NCBI GenBank assembly: GCA_037379345.1
Contig: CM074524.1
Coordinates: 20,394,750 to 20,458,749, forward strand
Reading direction: 5' to 3'
Source: Perna viridis
Taxonomy: Eukaryota
Length of the DNA: 64,000 nt
A model generated the notes under the pieces. The model searched no databases and was not told the DNA's origin. It saw nothing but the letters and a program-made list of their open reading frames with translations. A program made the translations under genes and the position numbers. Positions 25,529-37,300 of this stretch are shown in pieces (position 1 is the stretch's first letter; each line of letters begins with the position of its first letter).

Positions 25529-26124
25529 GTTCAAAATCTGTTTGGATTTTTGGCTCATCGATTGTTTATTGGGCCCGTAGACGAGCTGACTTTCGCACTG
25601 GGGGGATCCACCTTGGACTGCAAAGGCTAGGATATGTTGTTAGATGGTTCGGGGAAAGAAGAATGAAATGGAGTGAGTTGTCGGCCACAGTCTCGCGTGC
25701 TAGAGAGAAATATCCACTTCCCGCTATGATCGTAATACACCTTGGGTCTAATGATATTGGTTTACGGCCTTGTTCTGATATAATAGATGATATCAAAACA
25801 GACACCCTTAGATTTAAATTATTATTTCCTAATACCAGAGTCATTTGGAGTGAACTTCTGATGAGACGGTACTGGCATAGCGCAACAAAAAGTGGCACTC
25901 GCTTAGAGAAGGTCCGAAAACGCATAAACACTGCAATAAAAAATTTCTATTTAACTGAGGGCCTTGCCGAGATAAGACACCCGAATATTAGAGCATCTGA
26001 GATCGACCTCTACCGGTTTGATGGGGTTCACTTGACCGATCTCGGAAATGACGTACTTCTAAACAACTTTGAAGGTGCTTTGGAAACCTTTTTATCCTCA
26101 CCCGATGTTCGTTCATTCCCTTAG
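25529..26124 (+). CDS. SGNH/GDSL hydrolase (esterase) ORF of the Ngaro element; probably spliced in, as no ATG precedes block I
   Basis: Frame extends 44 codons upstream of the track ATG (SKSVWIFGSSIVYWARRR..., block I). Also HLGSND (block III) and DGVHL (block V). In-frame TAA at 25519 and acceptor atttttAG at 25527-25528. Confidence 0.88.
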
Positions 26125-26252
26125 GATTGTCACATTCGTTAATATATGTTATCAAATGTTGAAAGGAATATAAATGATTTATTATTTGAAGCGGTAGGGC
26201 CGCGGGGGGGGGGGGGGGTAAGATATTTAAACGTGTATAGACACGCCCATTT

Positions 26253-26750
26253 GGCGGAATCTGGTAAGATAAGGGGACACTATCCTTTCCTTAATTGTAC
26301 GTCGGGTCATATCAATAAAACTTTCCTACGCTTTACCGTTGGAAGTTGGTCTAGACCATCTCATGCCTCCATGAGTGGTCGGTTCTTTTCTGATCACCAG
26401 ATTGAATTTGGCCAGGGTATTCTAAATACAAATAAATAATCAAAATAAATAATAAACTCACTCCCATGTTTTTATAAATATTAAATGAAAAAAGTGGTTT
26501 CTACCATGGGGTGACAAATGGTATGGGCTGGCGTACTGGAAAATCGTGTCCCTCGTTCTCTCAAGGTACCTTGAGGAATGTGAGCATCCATTGTTTACCA
26601 ATGGTGCACAGAGTTGTCCGTATACCCCTGCGTTTGGCATTCTGTTTCCCTATCTTGTCAATTCCTCTCTTGCAGTGAGCTGTGGCCGTTATTAGCCATT
26701 TATATTGTTTCTTGAATTTTTATAAGCCAAACAATTGATTCTTTGATTAA
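26253..26750 (+). repeat. Ngaro split direct repeat B1 (498 bp)
   Basis: ggcggaatctgg...ctttgattaa matches 27334-27831, with one T/C difference seen. Contains clustered AATAAA motifs. Confidence 0.95.
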
Positions 26751-26901
26751 TCGGGTTTATCTAAGTAAAAGGTAAACCAATTTAATAAAAGAGAAATTAA
26801 TCTGTTCTTTCACAACGTTAAACCGGAATCCGTTTCGGATGTATCCCGATTTTATATTTACGTCTAACGCTGCCATATTTTTTGAAACACCACATCAAAA
26901 C
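26747..26901 (+). repeat. Ngaro split direct repeat A2
   Basis: Copy of A1, joined to B1 through a shared TTAA. Confidence 0.95.
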
Positions 26902-26963
26902 CCCTCCATCCTCCCCTTCCACATTTACCACCTGTTGCTGCTGCTGTTTTATAATTTTTTCAG

Positions 26964-27172
26964 GGTCAAAACATTCGATCGACTTAAACTTCCGGGGATC
27001 TGAGAGTTTCGAGCAGAGTAGACTGTTAAATGAGGAAATCCTCATGAACTTTTGTGAATACAGACTCTGGACACTCAAACTGGTTGTGAATCCGACAGAT
27101 CAGCTCGGAGAATACGAACTCATGGACAACAACATTGGTTTGGAGACTGTTTCTTTAATTGGATTTGTTTAA
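26964..27172 (+). CDS. Candidate extra exon/ORF (~69 aa, unknown function) in the A2-B2 spacer
   Basis: Acceptor ttttataattttttcAG (26962-26963), open phase-1 frame GSKHSIDLNFRG...SLIGFV*, then an AT-rich tract and AATAAA at 27305. Confidence 0.45.
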
Positions 27173-27333
27173 TGATTTTGATTTATTTTATGATGCACCA
27201 AAGACTGACTTAAAACGTTAAATTTTAGCTAATTTGATTTCATTTTTATTGTATTATTATATATATATATTTTCAGAATAACTTGTGTCATAAATATAAT
27301 TAATAATAAACAGTTCTTGTCACAGTCTGTCTG

Positions 27334-27831
27334 GGCGGAATCTGGCAAGATAAGGGGACACTATCCTTTCCTTAATTGTACGTCGGGTCATATCAATAAA
27401 ACTTTCCTACGCTTTACCGTTGGAAGTTGGTCTAGACCATCTCATGCCTCCATGAGTGGTCGGTTCTTTTCTGATCACCAGATTGAATTTGGCCAGGGTA
27501 TTCTAAATACAAATAAATAATCAAAATAAATAATAAACTCACTCCCATGTTTTTATAAATATTAAATGAAAAAAGTGGTTTCTACCATGGGGTGACAAAT
27601 GGTATGGGCTGGCGTACTGGAAAATCGTGTCCCTCGTTCTCTCAAGGTACCTTGAGGAATGTGAGCATCCATTGTTTACCAATGGTGCACAGAGTTGTCC
27701 GTATACCCCTGCGTTTGGCATTCTGTTTCCCTATCTTGTCAATTCCTCTCTTGCAGTGAGCTGTGGCCGTTATTAGCCATTTATATTGTTTCTTGAATTT
27801 TTATAAGCCAAACAATTGATTCTTTGATTAA
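27334..27831 (+). repeat. Ngaro split direct repeat B2
   Basis: Copy of B1, ending in TTAA at the right boundary of the element. Confidence 0.95.
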
Positions 27832-29161
27832 GGTAAATCATTACGATGTGCAAATAATATATATATATATTGCGACCTTCTGGTCGTTTCAATATCGAAA
27901 ATTAAACAAAATATAAGTAAATTCAGTGTCCATTCGCATTGGAAAATATTTTGTGTACCCGAAAACTTTACATTCCTTATATATTAAGCTCTTAATACGA
28001 ACGACATGTGATATCTGTTTCATAATCCTTTTCAAGTATCCTAGGCGTAAAATACAAACAGATCAGAAACATTTCAAGTAGACGAGTAATGCATATCAAA
28101 GTTTGATCTGAGTTATCCAAACACATCAGAAATATGTCAAGTGGACGTGGAACCAGGCAACTCTAAATCTACGTGACTAACGGAATATACTGCATTAACT
28201 GTCAAAGTTTTACGTTGTTCCAGGTGGTTGAAAAATGCATGTCGTATGCTCAATGACGTAAGCAGGTGAATGTAAATAGTCGCCGAACGCTGAATCATCG
28301 GGCTATGAACAGTTAGGGAATTGTTCCCAACACTTGTGTCTACACCTAATTAACGTATGATAGATAAGAGATAAACGGGTTTTCACCATAATTTTACATT
28401 AACATGACTTTAACCTTCAAAAACCAATGTGTATATCTAAATAACGTCATTTCGAAATCCGATAAATCACTTTTCAACATCGTTGCATATCTATATGACT
28501 TTTAACTTCCCAAACAAATGTTTACCCCTTATTAACGTCAATTTCAAGGGCGATTAATCGTTTTTTCAGATTTTATATCGATATCTACATGACGTTAACC
28601 GCAATCTGAAATTACACCGTCGTGGGATATAATCTTTATCATTCGTACAATCGTTCAAATCATCTGCAGATGCAGCATAAAGCAAACCAAATGGTATTTG
28701 TAAATCGTTTAATAACTGAAGGACACGATGTCCATTAGCAATGATTTCTGCAGATAAATATGAAGTAAACCGCGAAATCATTCAGTTTTCATTTACTTTA
28801 GAATAAAAGATGATGAAAAAGAGAAAATTAGAAAAAAAACATAAACAACATGCATACAGGAACAAAAACCAAGAAGGAAAACGGAAGAAAAAGAGCAACC
28901 GTGATTTCATCGAAGGCAAGAATCATGGCAAAGGACAACGTTCATTTGCAGGGTAAGCGTTCTAAGTTGCAAAGTTTTGATACTAAAAGTTAAAAAGAAG
29001 GCGTTCTTTTTTACAATTTCCACGTTTTCACTTTCTTTTCTGTTGTCTGACCAAGAATATATTTCAAATCTTACATTATATCATTTTATTTAGACTTGAC
29101 ACACAGGAGGCTTATAGCGTTGTTGTCGATCAGTTATAGAAACCACATTTCTAGGGATTTT

Positions 29162-29295
29162 AAGAGTAACCAAGGGAACCAATTTTATTGCGGTAATCAA
29201 AAGAATGTCATCCAGGGACAAAGACTAGACATGGAAAACAGACATACACAACAAAGAACATAAAGTAACTAAAATCATACATACAAAGTTACAAA
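29162..29295 (-). mobile_element. Short 3'-end copy of the PLE family
   Basis: Reverse complement of the shared 3' UTR (gacatggaaaacagacatacacaacaaagaacataaagtaac). Confidence 0.75.
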
Positions 29296-32200
29296 CAACT
29301 GTTCATTGACACTGAAGAACTCGAACGAAAATATCGTTTTTTATGTGGTCAATATGGCCTTTCTTGATTTTACATTCACATACACATTGTAATAACAGGC
29401 TGGAATAACATTCGTTCTACGAATTCTTATTGCCATTAAAATCAAATTCAATTGCACAACTTTGTCAGCTATCCCTTACCTTACCGGTGCACTAACTCAC
29501 GTCCCAAGTAAGTTGTTGTGTCTTGGTTGCTCATTAAGCATGATTTTCGTCGTTGTATCTCCTGGTTATTAAATGTTTTATCATATCTCCCATGGTCTTT
29601 ACTTGCTAACAAACCTCAACATTATTAACCTATCGATCTAAAATATACTATTATCATTGATTGTATATCTACACAAATACAGAAATATCGTTTTCATATT
29701 TTCGTGTATACCTTGGACATTAACACTAACATAAATAGTTTAGTACATTAACAATACACATAAAACTCTATTACATGGCATTGTTTGCTTATTTACGATC
29801 ACAAGAGAATTTTGTAATTAACGTTCACGTCTACGATGATTCCAACGTGGCTGATGTTACTTTGTAAATAAGATAATGCTATCATTTATTATCATTTGTA
29901 ACTAACTACATAGCGCGGTTGATGTATGTAATAAACTCATTAACACGTACTATGATGAAAGACTCTGCGTATTAGTAACTTGGTGCTTCACTTGAAGGAA
30001 ATGAGACTTAAGAATGGGGTCAATTATTAGGAAGTTATATATTTTGGATCTTGAATGCTTTTCATTTTCTAGTAAGAAATAATATGGCCTTATTTGGCAC
30101 CGACGTTGCAGGTAACTTAGTAAAGCTTCCAAACTGTTACAACTGAATTCAATGAAATATGAATTAGACCATGAGCATATTCATTTTATTTATATTAGAA
30201 TGAAATGCCAGTATAAATCTAAGGGATTAAATTTGTTTTGACTGAAATTCCCAGAGGTTTGATAGCAACATTCGAAAGTTGGAAATTTCGATATAAAGGC
30301 AAAGCTTAAATAAAGAAACAAAAATAGTAGACAGAACGAGAAAACACAAAAAGATTCAAAGTAATCAAAAAACAAGATTTCGCACAAAATATTTGGCAAT
30401 GAACTAGTTGCACCGATAGAGTAAGTATAATATCATCGTCGGGTTATTTTTTAATGGTTCAACAAGTTCAAAAGTATCAAAGTAATAATAGCCGATTATG
30501 ACGTAACAGACAAAATCACAGGGAGAAATGTTGTTTAAGGAAGGCAAAGATATGGATCAATTGCAACAAACTATCTGATTAGTTGGTTCTCTTTGAGGGA
30601 ACCGTGTTATTTTGTATAACCTGCCTTGGTACTATGACTTCATAAAGGTCGATTGGTTCACTTTCCGCGATTCAAATAATTCAAAGCAAACTAACGTTTT
30701 GGTCTGTCACACAAAAGAGACTGATTATAATTTTTGAGCAGGTAATACCCGATAACCTGGTTTGGGCCAGTTTACACTTCTTATAAAAGTAAACTCTCAC
30801 GAACAAGGTTATTTCGTATAAACATTTCAATAGAAATAATGTTATTAAACCTCTCAGAGCGCGTATACTCTGTTTCGATGCAACAAGAGTGATGAACATG
30901 CAAACAAATGCAATGAAACGCACGCTAACGATGACAACCATTAATTCGATAATAACATTGTTTCACTATCAAAGGTAACAAGCAACATGTTTTCGCTTTT
31001 GTCGATATGAACAATTTGCTAATATCATGCTTGCATTAAATGATTGTTAATAAATGCATCTCCAATAACACGTGTGTATCTTGACATACTGAAAGTGGGC
31101 TTTCAGACAGTAACACCAGCTTTTGTGACATCATCCTTAGTAGTTTTTTTTCTTTTATAAAATTATAAAATTCGTATATTTTCTTTCTAAATATCAAGTT
31201 CTACTAATCCTATTATTTGCAATATTCATTTGTTTAAACGAAGGCTTTAATTTATCTATTACAGAAAAACCTGGGTTAGTAAGGTGAAAATCAAACTGAC
31301 ACTTGAAATGATTTACTACTGACAAAAAAGAATCCCCCAACAGCAAACTATGAAGAAAATAATAACCTGTTTCGTTATCTAATTATGGTAAGCAGAATGG
31401 TAATCTCGAAAGATGAGGCAAAGACTCTAATTCAAAATCCAGGTAAGATATAATTAGAAAGTTGTTTATTTTTAGATTTCCAAACGAGTGTTTTAGAAAT
31501 ACAATTAATTAACATGACACGAATAGGAAAAGCCTGACTCAATAGGATATGAAACGGCATTCGTTTTAATTACTGTAAGTTACTAAAAGTATGCTTAACA
31601 AGATGTAAGTAATAAACCTAAACAACTAAGCTATGTTGTAGTCGATTGGTACTTAAAAATGGATTTATTCACCCAAAGAAAATGACGCTAAAGAGGATGT
31701 TAAGATGTCGTTACGTGATTACCACTTCATAACAGCTTTTGAAAATTCTAAATCAGGTTTTTTTCTAAGAGCTTGGGTCTGACAGTGTTGAATTGTTCCA
31801 ACACCTTAAAACTATATTTCGTGCTTTACTTGATCACGACGTATTAAACTTGTAAACTTTTAATTCTTTTAGGTAATATGAGAGTCGAGATGAAGTTTAC
31901 ATTTTACATTTGCAACTTTGAAAATCTTCTCCTCTGAAAATTCTCGATGGATTGTAACCAAACTATGCATGATTATTCCTTGCGATATCCTTCACAATTA
32001 CTGTGATTACTGTGTAGGGATTATCGATCTGGCAAAAAAACATGGTGACCATTACTAAGAATAAACCATAAGGGTCAAATTGTTGTTTCATAAAGGTGTT
32101 TGGCCAAACTACGATGCGGTAAATAAGGCGGGAATTAGTGCCAAAACCAGTACAGCATCAACACATCTCCACAATCAGTTGATCTTGAAAGTACTCAAAT

Positions 32201-33849
32201 ACATTCACACAATAATATTCATTTCTCCATTTATATTATGCAATACGAATAACAAAACATGTCTTTTAAAGGTTAGACAGGAACACAAAAGATAAGTATG
32301 GACGAAACTATCTAAAATTCTCCTCTGTATCTCAGCAAGTATGCTTTGTGGTTGAAAATATCTTTCGATCTGATCAAGATATAGGGATGAGGTACATCAA
32401 GATCCGTTTATTGTACAAAGATATCATCATAAATATGTAATTAATGTCTTTGTTTTTGATCGCCTACGCTTGGTTTAGTTTGATAAACCAGTCGGCACAT
32501 GACTTGATTCATCTGCTGGAAAATGCATTTGACACTTACTTCATATCTATGGCTGTATATCTATCTTATATATATTGCTTTGAACTACAAGTTATGTGTT
32601 TCAAAGTGCACTTCCAGTGCTTTTCTTTGTTGTTTAAATTAAGAAAGGGGCATTCATGATTGCAGTCAAAAAGCTCCGTAAGGTGAATTAATTCAATAAG
32701 GCATGCGCGACACAGTATTAACAAAAACATTTTTACTTTTTGAGAAACTGAATCTTGGTTTCAAGTAGCAGTCTTAGTAAGAATCGTGTAAACTCTGCAA
32801 ATGTGATACATCTCAAATTCGCAACACGATTATATTTTTGTTATTTTATTAAGTTACTTTAAAGGTCTACAAGATGAAATATATAACATCATTCATTCTA
32901 ATCTGTCTGCTCTTAGGAGATAATTCACATTGAAAATCCAATAGTTCCTGATGTATTTTATTGTCATTTACTGAGTTATCTCCCTTAATTCTGAATAATA
33001 CGGTGCATTCTATATACTTTCTTTCTCTTACGAATAAGAGTTCTATGAAGAGCCAAATGTAATTTCTGTTTACTTAAGCATTTAAAACAAAATATCAAAA
33101 ATAAAAAAAAAATATGTAGGATTTCCAGCCATGTACCAAATATTGCATGATTCTCAGTTGGAGTGCTACTTAAATATAATGAAAAGTGTCCGTGCCAGCT
33201 TTAACAAAGCAAATAGTTTGCTTTTTCTAAACAGAATATACCATTATTTACCACTTTGGTAGATGAACGACTCATCAATTAAATTGGTCAAGTTTCATAT
33301 ACAAATAAAAAGATATCTTCCTCTCCCGGTTTCAAAATTATTAAGTATCGCTTTGAAGTTCATGTATATCATGTATGGGTCGTTGACATTGATCAGGTCT
33401 CGTCTATCGCGGTGTGCTCTAGTAGTACTAAAATTCAATGTAATAAGCAATTATTCGCAGCAATTCAAATTGTTAAACTTGAAATGTGTTTTTGCCTCCA
33501 TTTATCTTCCAATCAAGTCTTGCTTTGCAAAATAACTAGGCATCAATTTATGGACAATTGTAAACGCTGTTAATACGTTGCATAATAATTTCTTTTTAAT
33601 TGTTCTGCTGGTACTTTTGGTACAAACTTAATGGGTATCTGGAAACCAGTTTACAAAGTCTATAGCAACGCTAACTATGTGTCTAAATGATTTACAAAAA
33701 AGGCAACCAAGTAGAGTCTACAGACAATTCACTGTTAGATACGATATTAATATTGTCAATATTGTAATGAAAATTGATATAACAATATTTTCAATATTGG
33801 CCCATGTACCAAACCGAGACTAAAATCATCATATTCATCATATTCCTAC

Positions 33850-34330
33850 TTAGCAAGTTGGGGTATAAAGTGATAAAGGTGTCCGTCCGTTCGGAACACA
33901 GGGTGATCAATCTACTACCCGTTACCCCTCCCTACACCAGTGAATCACATTAAATAAAACTTTCACAGAATCTGTATTGCAAGTTCATATTGTGAACCAC
34001 CGATTGTGAACCTCAGAATCTTTATTGCATGTTCCGATTGTGAATCTCAGAAGCTTTATTGCATGTTGCCATTGTGAACCTCGAATCTTTATTACATGTT
34101 CCCATTGTGAACCACCAATTGTGATCCTCTTATTTTAAATATTGATCCCAATCAATTTAAGGTTTAACTAAGCAAATTATGGACTTAATCATTTGTGAGT
34201 AAGGGGGCATATAGTACATATCTTTTATCTGTCACTCCTCCTACACCAGCAAATGGAATTAAATAAAACTTTCACAGAATATGTATAGGTATTGCAAGTT
34301 CCCATTGTAGATCAAATCACAATGGAGGTC
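33850..34330 (+). mobile_element. Helentron-associated/pearl-like non-autonomous element with internal tandem repeats
   Basis: ggggtata followed by a gtccgtccgt microsatellite; duplicated cctacaccag...taaataaaactttcacagaat; ~33-bp attgcatgttcccattgtgaacc units. Confidence 0.45.
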
Positions 34331-37300
34331 AAAAGTCAGTAAGCATTGCTAACAGTGTTTTCTACTTAATCATATTTATTGAAATTTGCTGTATTACAAG
34401 TTTCAAAATACCTAAAATACTGAGGCTTTATTCACATGTCAAAAATCACAAGTACGTGTGAAAAATAAATACTTGAAGGAAACGTCAGTCTTTATTTATA
34501 ATGATAGAATCCGTCCTTGCACCAAGTCATTAGGAAGAAAAATCAAACAGTGTCTTGATTTACATCATTTCGATTGATAAAATAATTATGAAAAATATCA
34601 AAGATTTGATTACGGCAATCTAAAGTCAGTTAGCAATTTTTTACCTGCTTTTTCATAGTTTGACGTCATATACGCCATAACCATTTACCTAGCAATTGAA
34701 TATAAAACAAATCTGTCAACAGTGCACTGTGGATTTCCTTCCGTTTAGTTACTTCAATGTAATTAGCATGGTGTTGATGAGTCAGGGGTGATTTTTCAGA
34801 CAATCAAGTGAGTGTATAATATTGTATAATAATCTGGTAACGTTGGATCAGAGGTCAGTTGATCGAATTTTTACCCGTCTTATGTTTTTTTTACGATCCC
34901 TGTCTTGATTGTTTATTTGAAGTTTTAATCAGTTGATATATGATTTAATATTTTGTTTGTACCTAATGATACCAAAATGTCTTTAATGGAACGATAGAAG
35001 TATTCAAATGTAAAAACACGATTTGTCTCCCCTTGAATCTACGTATTTTTGAATCAGGTACTCAGAACTTTCAAAGGTTTTGTACAAAGAGAACAAATTG
35101 CTTGATTTTGTATAATATATTTATAGCCTCTATTTATAAATATTTTAATCGTTGCAAGTAGTAAAGTGTTGGGATAAATAATTCACAAACTTTTAGGATT
35201 TTTCGTGAAGTTTATCAATATTCCACTTTGATTTGAAGAGCACGAAATTTGCAATTTCCAAAACAATGAAATGCAAGCAGTTTATGTTAACTGCTGCATA
35301 TTTAATGCATACAATTTTAATATGAGTATAATCACCATGTTACAGAAATAGAAAGCAAGACAATTGAACAGCGGGTATATATAAAAACCGTCCGTGTCAA
35401 TTGTCTATTGTTTTACTTTCCTGTTGGTAAATACTCTTAGCATTCTGGGATGGTTTCGGTCCTCAGATCTTATCAGGCCGATGTACTTTACGCTGTTGGA
35501 GAAATGCGCTTACAAAAAATCCGAATCATCTGATTATACCTTCGTTTGACTATCTATTGCAATGTTCAAAATATCTATTTCAGCGATGACAACTACATGT
35601 ACGTGACGACGTGTATGTTGTGATAATTTGTTTTCCAGTAAACCGACGAGGATAAGCAATAATGATATTTCTGTCTTGTGTTTTAGGAGGAATGATTTTA
35701 AAAATGTATGAGTAGAACATTAGTTTTGTGTTGTCTAGATAACTCATAGAATCAACAAAACATTGATCAACAGTTGTTTAAATAAACCAATATCAGTGTC
35801 CACATAAGGTAGCGTGCTTTCGGGAAAGATGAAGCCGATATGTAGAAGAGATGTAGAACGCACATAAATACAAATCGAACACGCCCTTACCATGATTAAC
35901 TGTACAGAACTCAGCTAATATAACTGATAGAATAGTTACTGATGCTGAAAACACTGAATTGAACTGCTATAAATATTTCTACAGCATAATCGATCATATC
36001 AGAATCTCATTCATCACCACACGTGCCAATCACTGCTGTTATTTTTAACAACAAAACTACACATATTACCGGGCAAAAAGTCGTCAAACGCAACGCTTTT
36101 AATTTCGCATTTGTCATCCGCCAAGGATATTGCTAGACCACACGTGATCAGTCCTATCATGCATATTATTAATATGAAGGAGGTCTTGAAAGAGGAAGTT
36201 AATTTTCAGATAAAAATATGTCTTTTCATGATGCAAGTGAAAGCGAATTCCGAATTATAAAGAAGCCGAAACTCGTCTATATATTTTTGTAATTATTTTT
36301 GCAGTATTGGCAAGCATAACCCTTCCACTACACTCACATATTTCTTGTAACAGAATAATGGCTTCATTTGTTCTTGGTGTTTCATTAAACTTCAGCCTTA
36401 TCTGCGAAATACCAAGTGTACATGTACATGCCCGGTCTGTATCCCTCAATATTAACCCCAAAAACACACACACATAAAAATGAAAGCCATACTAGTGAAC
36501 AGATTAAAATCCTAGGATAGTAACTTTGTCTCTATAATTCGTTCAGTTGGTTCAGTTTCATTGAATGTATTTAATCTGAGCTCTCTAGACAGGAGGTGTA
36601 AATGTACTCTTGATATCGTTCAACACATTGTATTTACTAATGACTAGCATTATAGAACGATCAACTGCACGCGCATTATGCACGTCACGCCCGTGCGAAC
36701 TCGGTTATTAATTGGCCGTGTAATATGCCATCAAATTTCAGCTGAACTTAAACGGATATTATTTTTTGTTCGTCATACTCATTTGTGCAGCTTTCTATAC
36801 TATTTTTGTAACAGTATACAGATATATGTATGTTCTTAGCATGCGTTTGTTCCTTTTGCATAAACGTTGAATTGCAGTTCAGATCCAAAGATTTTGAAAA
36901 CGGGATTATATGCTATAATTTGCTCATTTTTGCCCAACAAATTCTTCACAAAATTAACAAATATTTTCGAAAAGGCGGAGTCAACCCCTTGGAACTCACC
37001 ACTCCGGATCAGCCACTGAATTGGGTTAGTGCATAATCATAAATTTGCGTATGGTAAAATTCAGTTAAAATGTGTCAGATGCTGCCCGTCGGAAAATAAA
37101 ATAAAAAGTAATTAGATGAAACTTCCATGAATGATTTCTTCAAGCAAGGTGGATTTACTTATTTAGACATCGGTTTAGAAAGGTCACACAGCTTACAGAA
37201 TCCTGAATTATTGATGCCATAATGTTATGCAACGTCGTAATATTTGTTAGATTACTAGGATTAAGATTTTCCTATTAAATTTTCTGTGACATTTCTGTTT

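Larger units (their letters stand above)
21480..27831 (+). mobile_element. Full-length Ngaro-type (DIRS order) tyrosine-recombinase retrotransposon with SGNH hydrolase
   Basis: ORF order gag, RT/RNase H, YR, SGNH. Split direct repeats A1 (21480-21634), B1 (26253-26750), A2 (26747-26901), B2 (27334-27831). TTAA at both ends and at the B1/A2 junction. Confidence 0.95.

Noticed and set aside
22181-25931. Antisense and alternate-frame ORFs inside the Ngaro coding region
   Set aside because: Shadows of the real ORFs, with no motifs.
26253-27831. 498-bp duplication as an assembly artefact
   Set aside because: It fits the A1/B1-A2/B2 Ngaro architecture with exact TTAA junctions, and the copies differ by one substitution.
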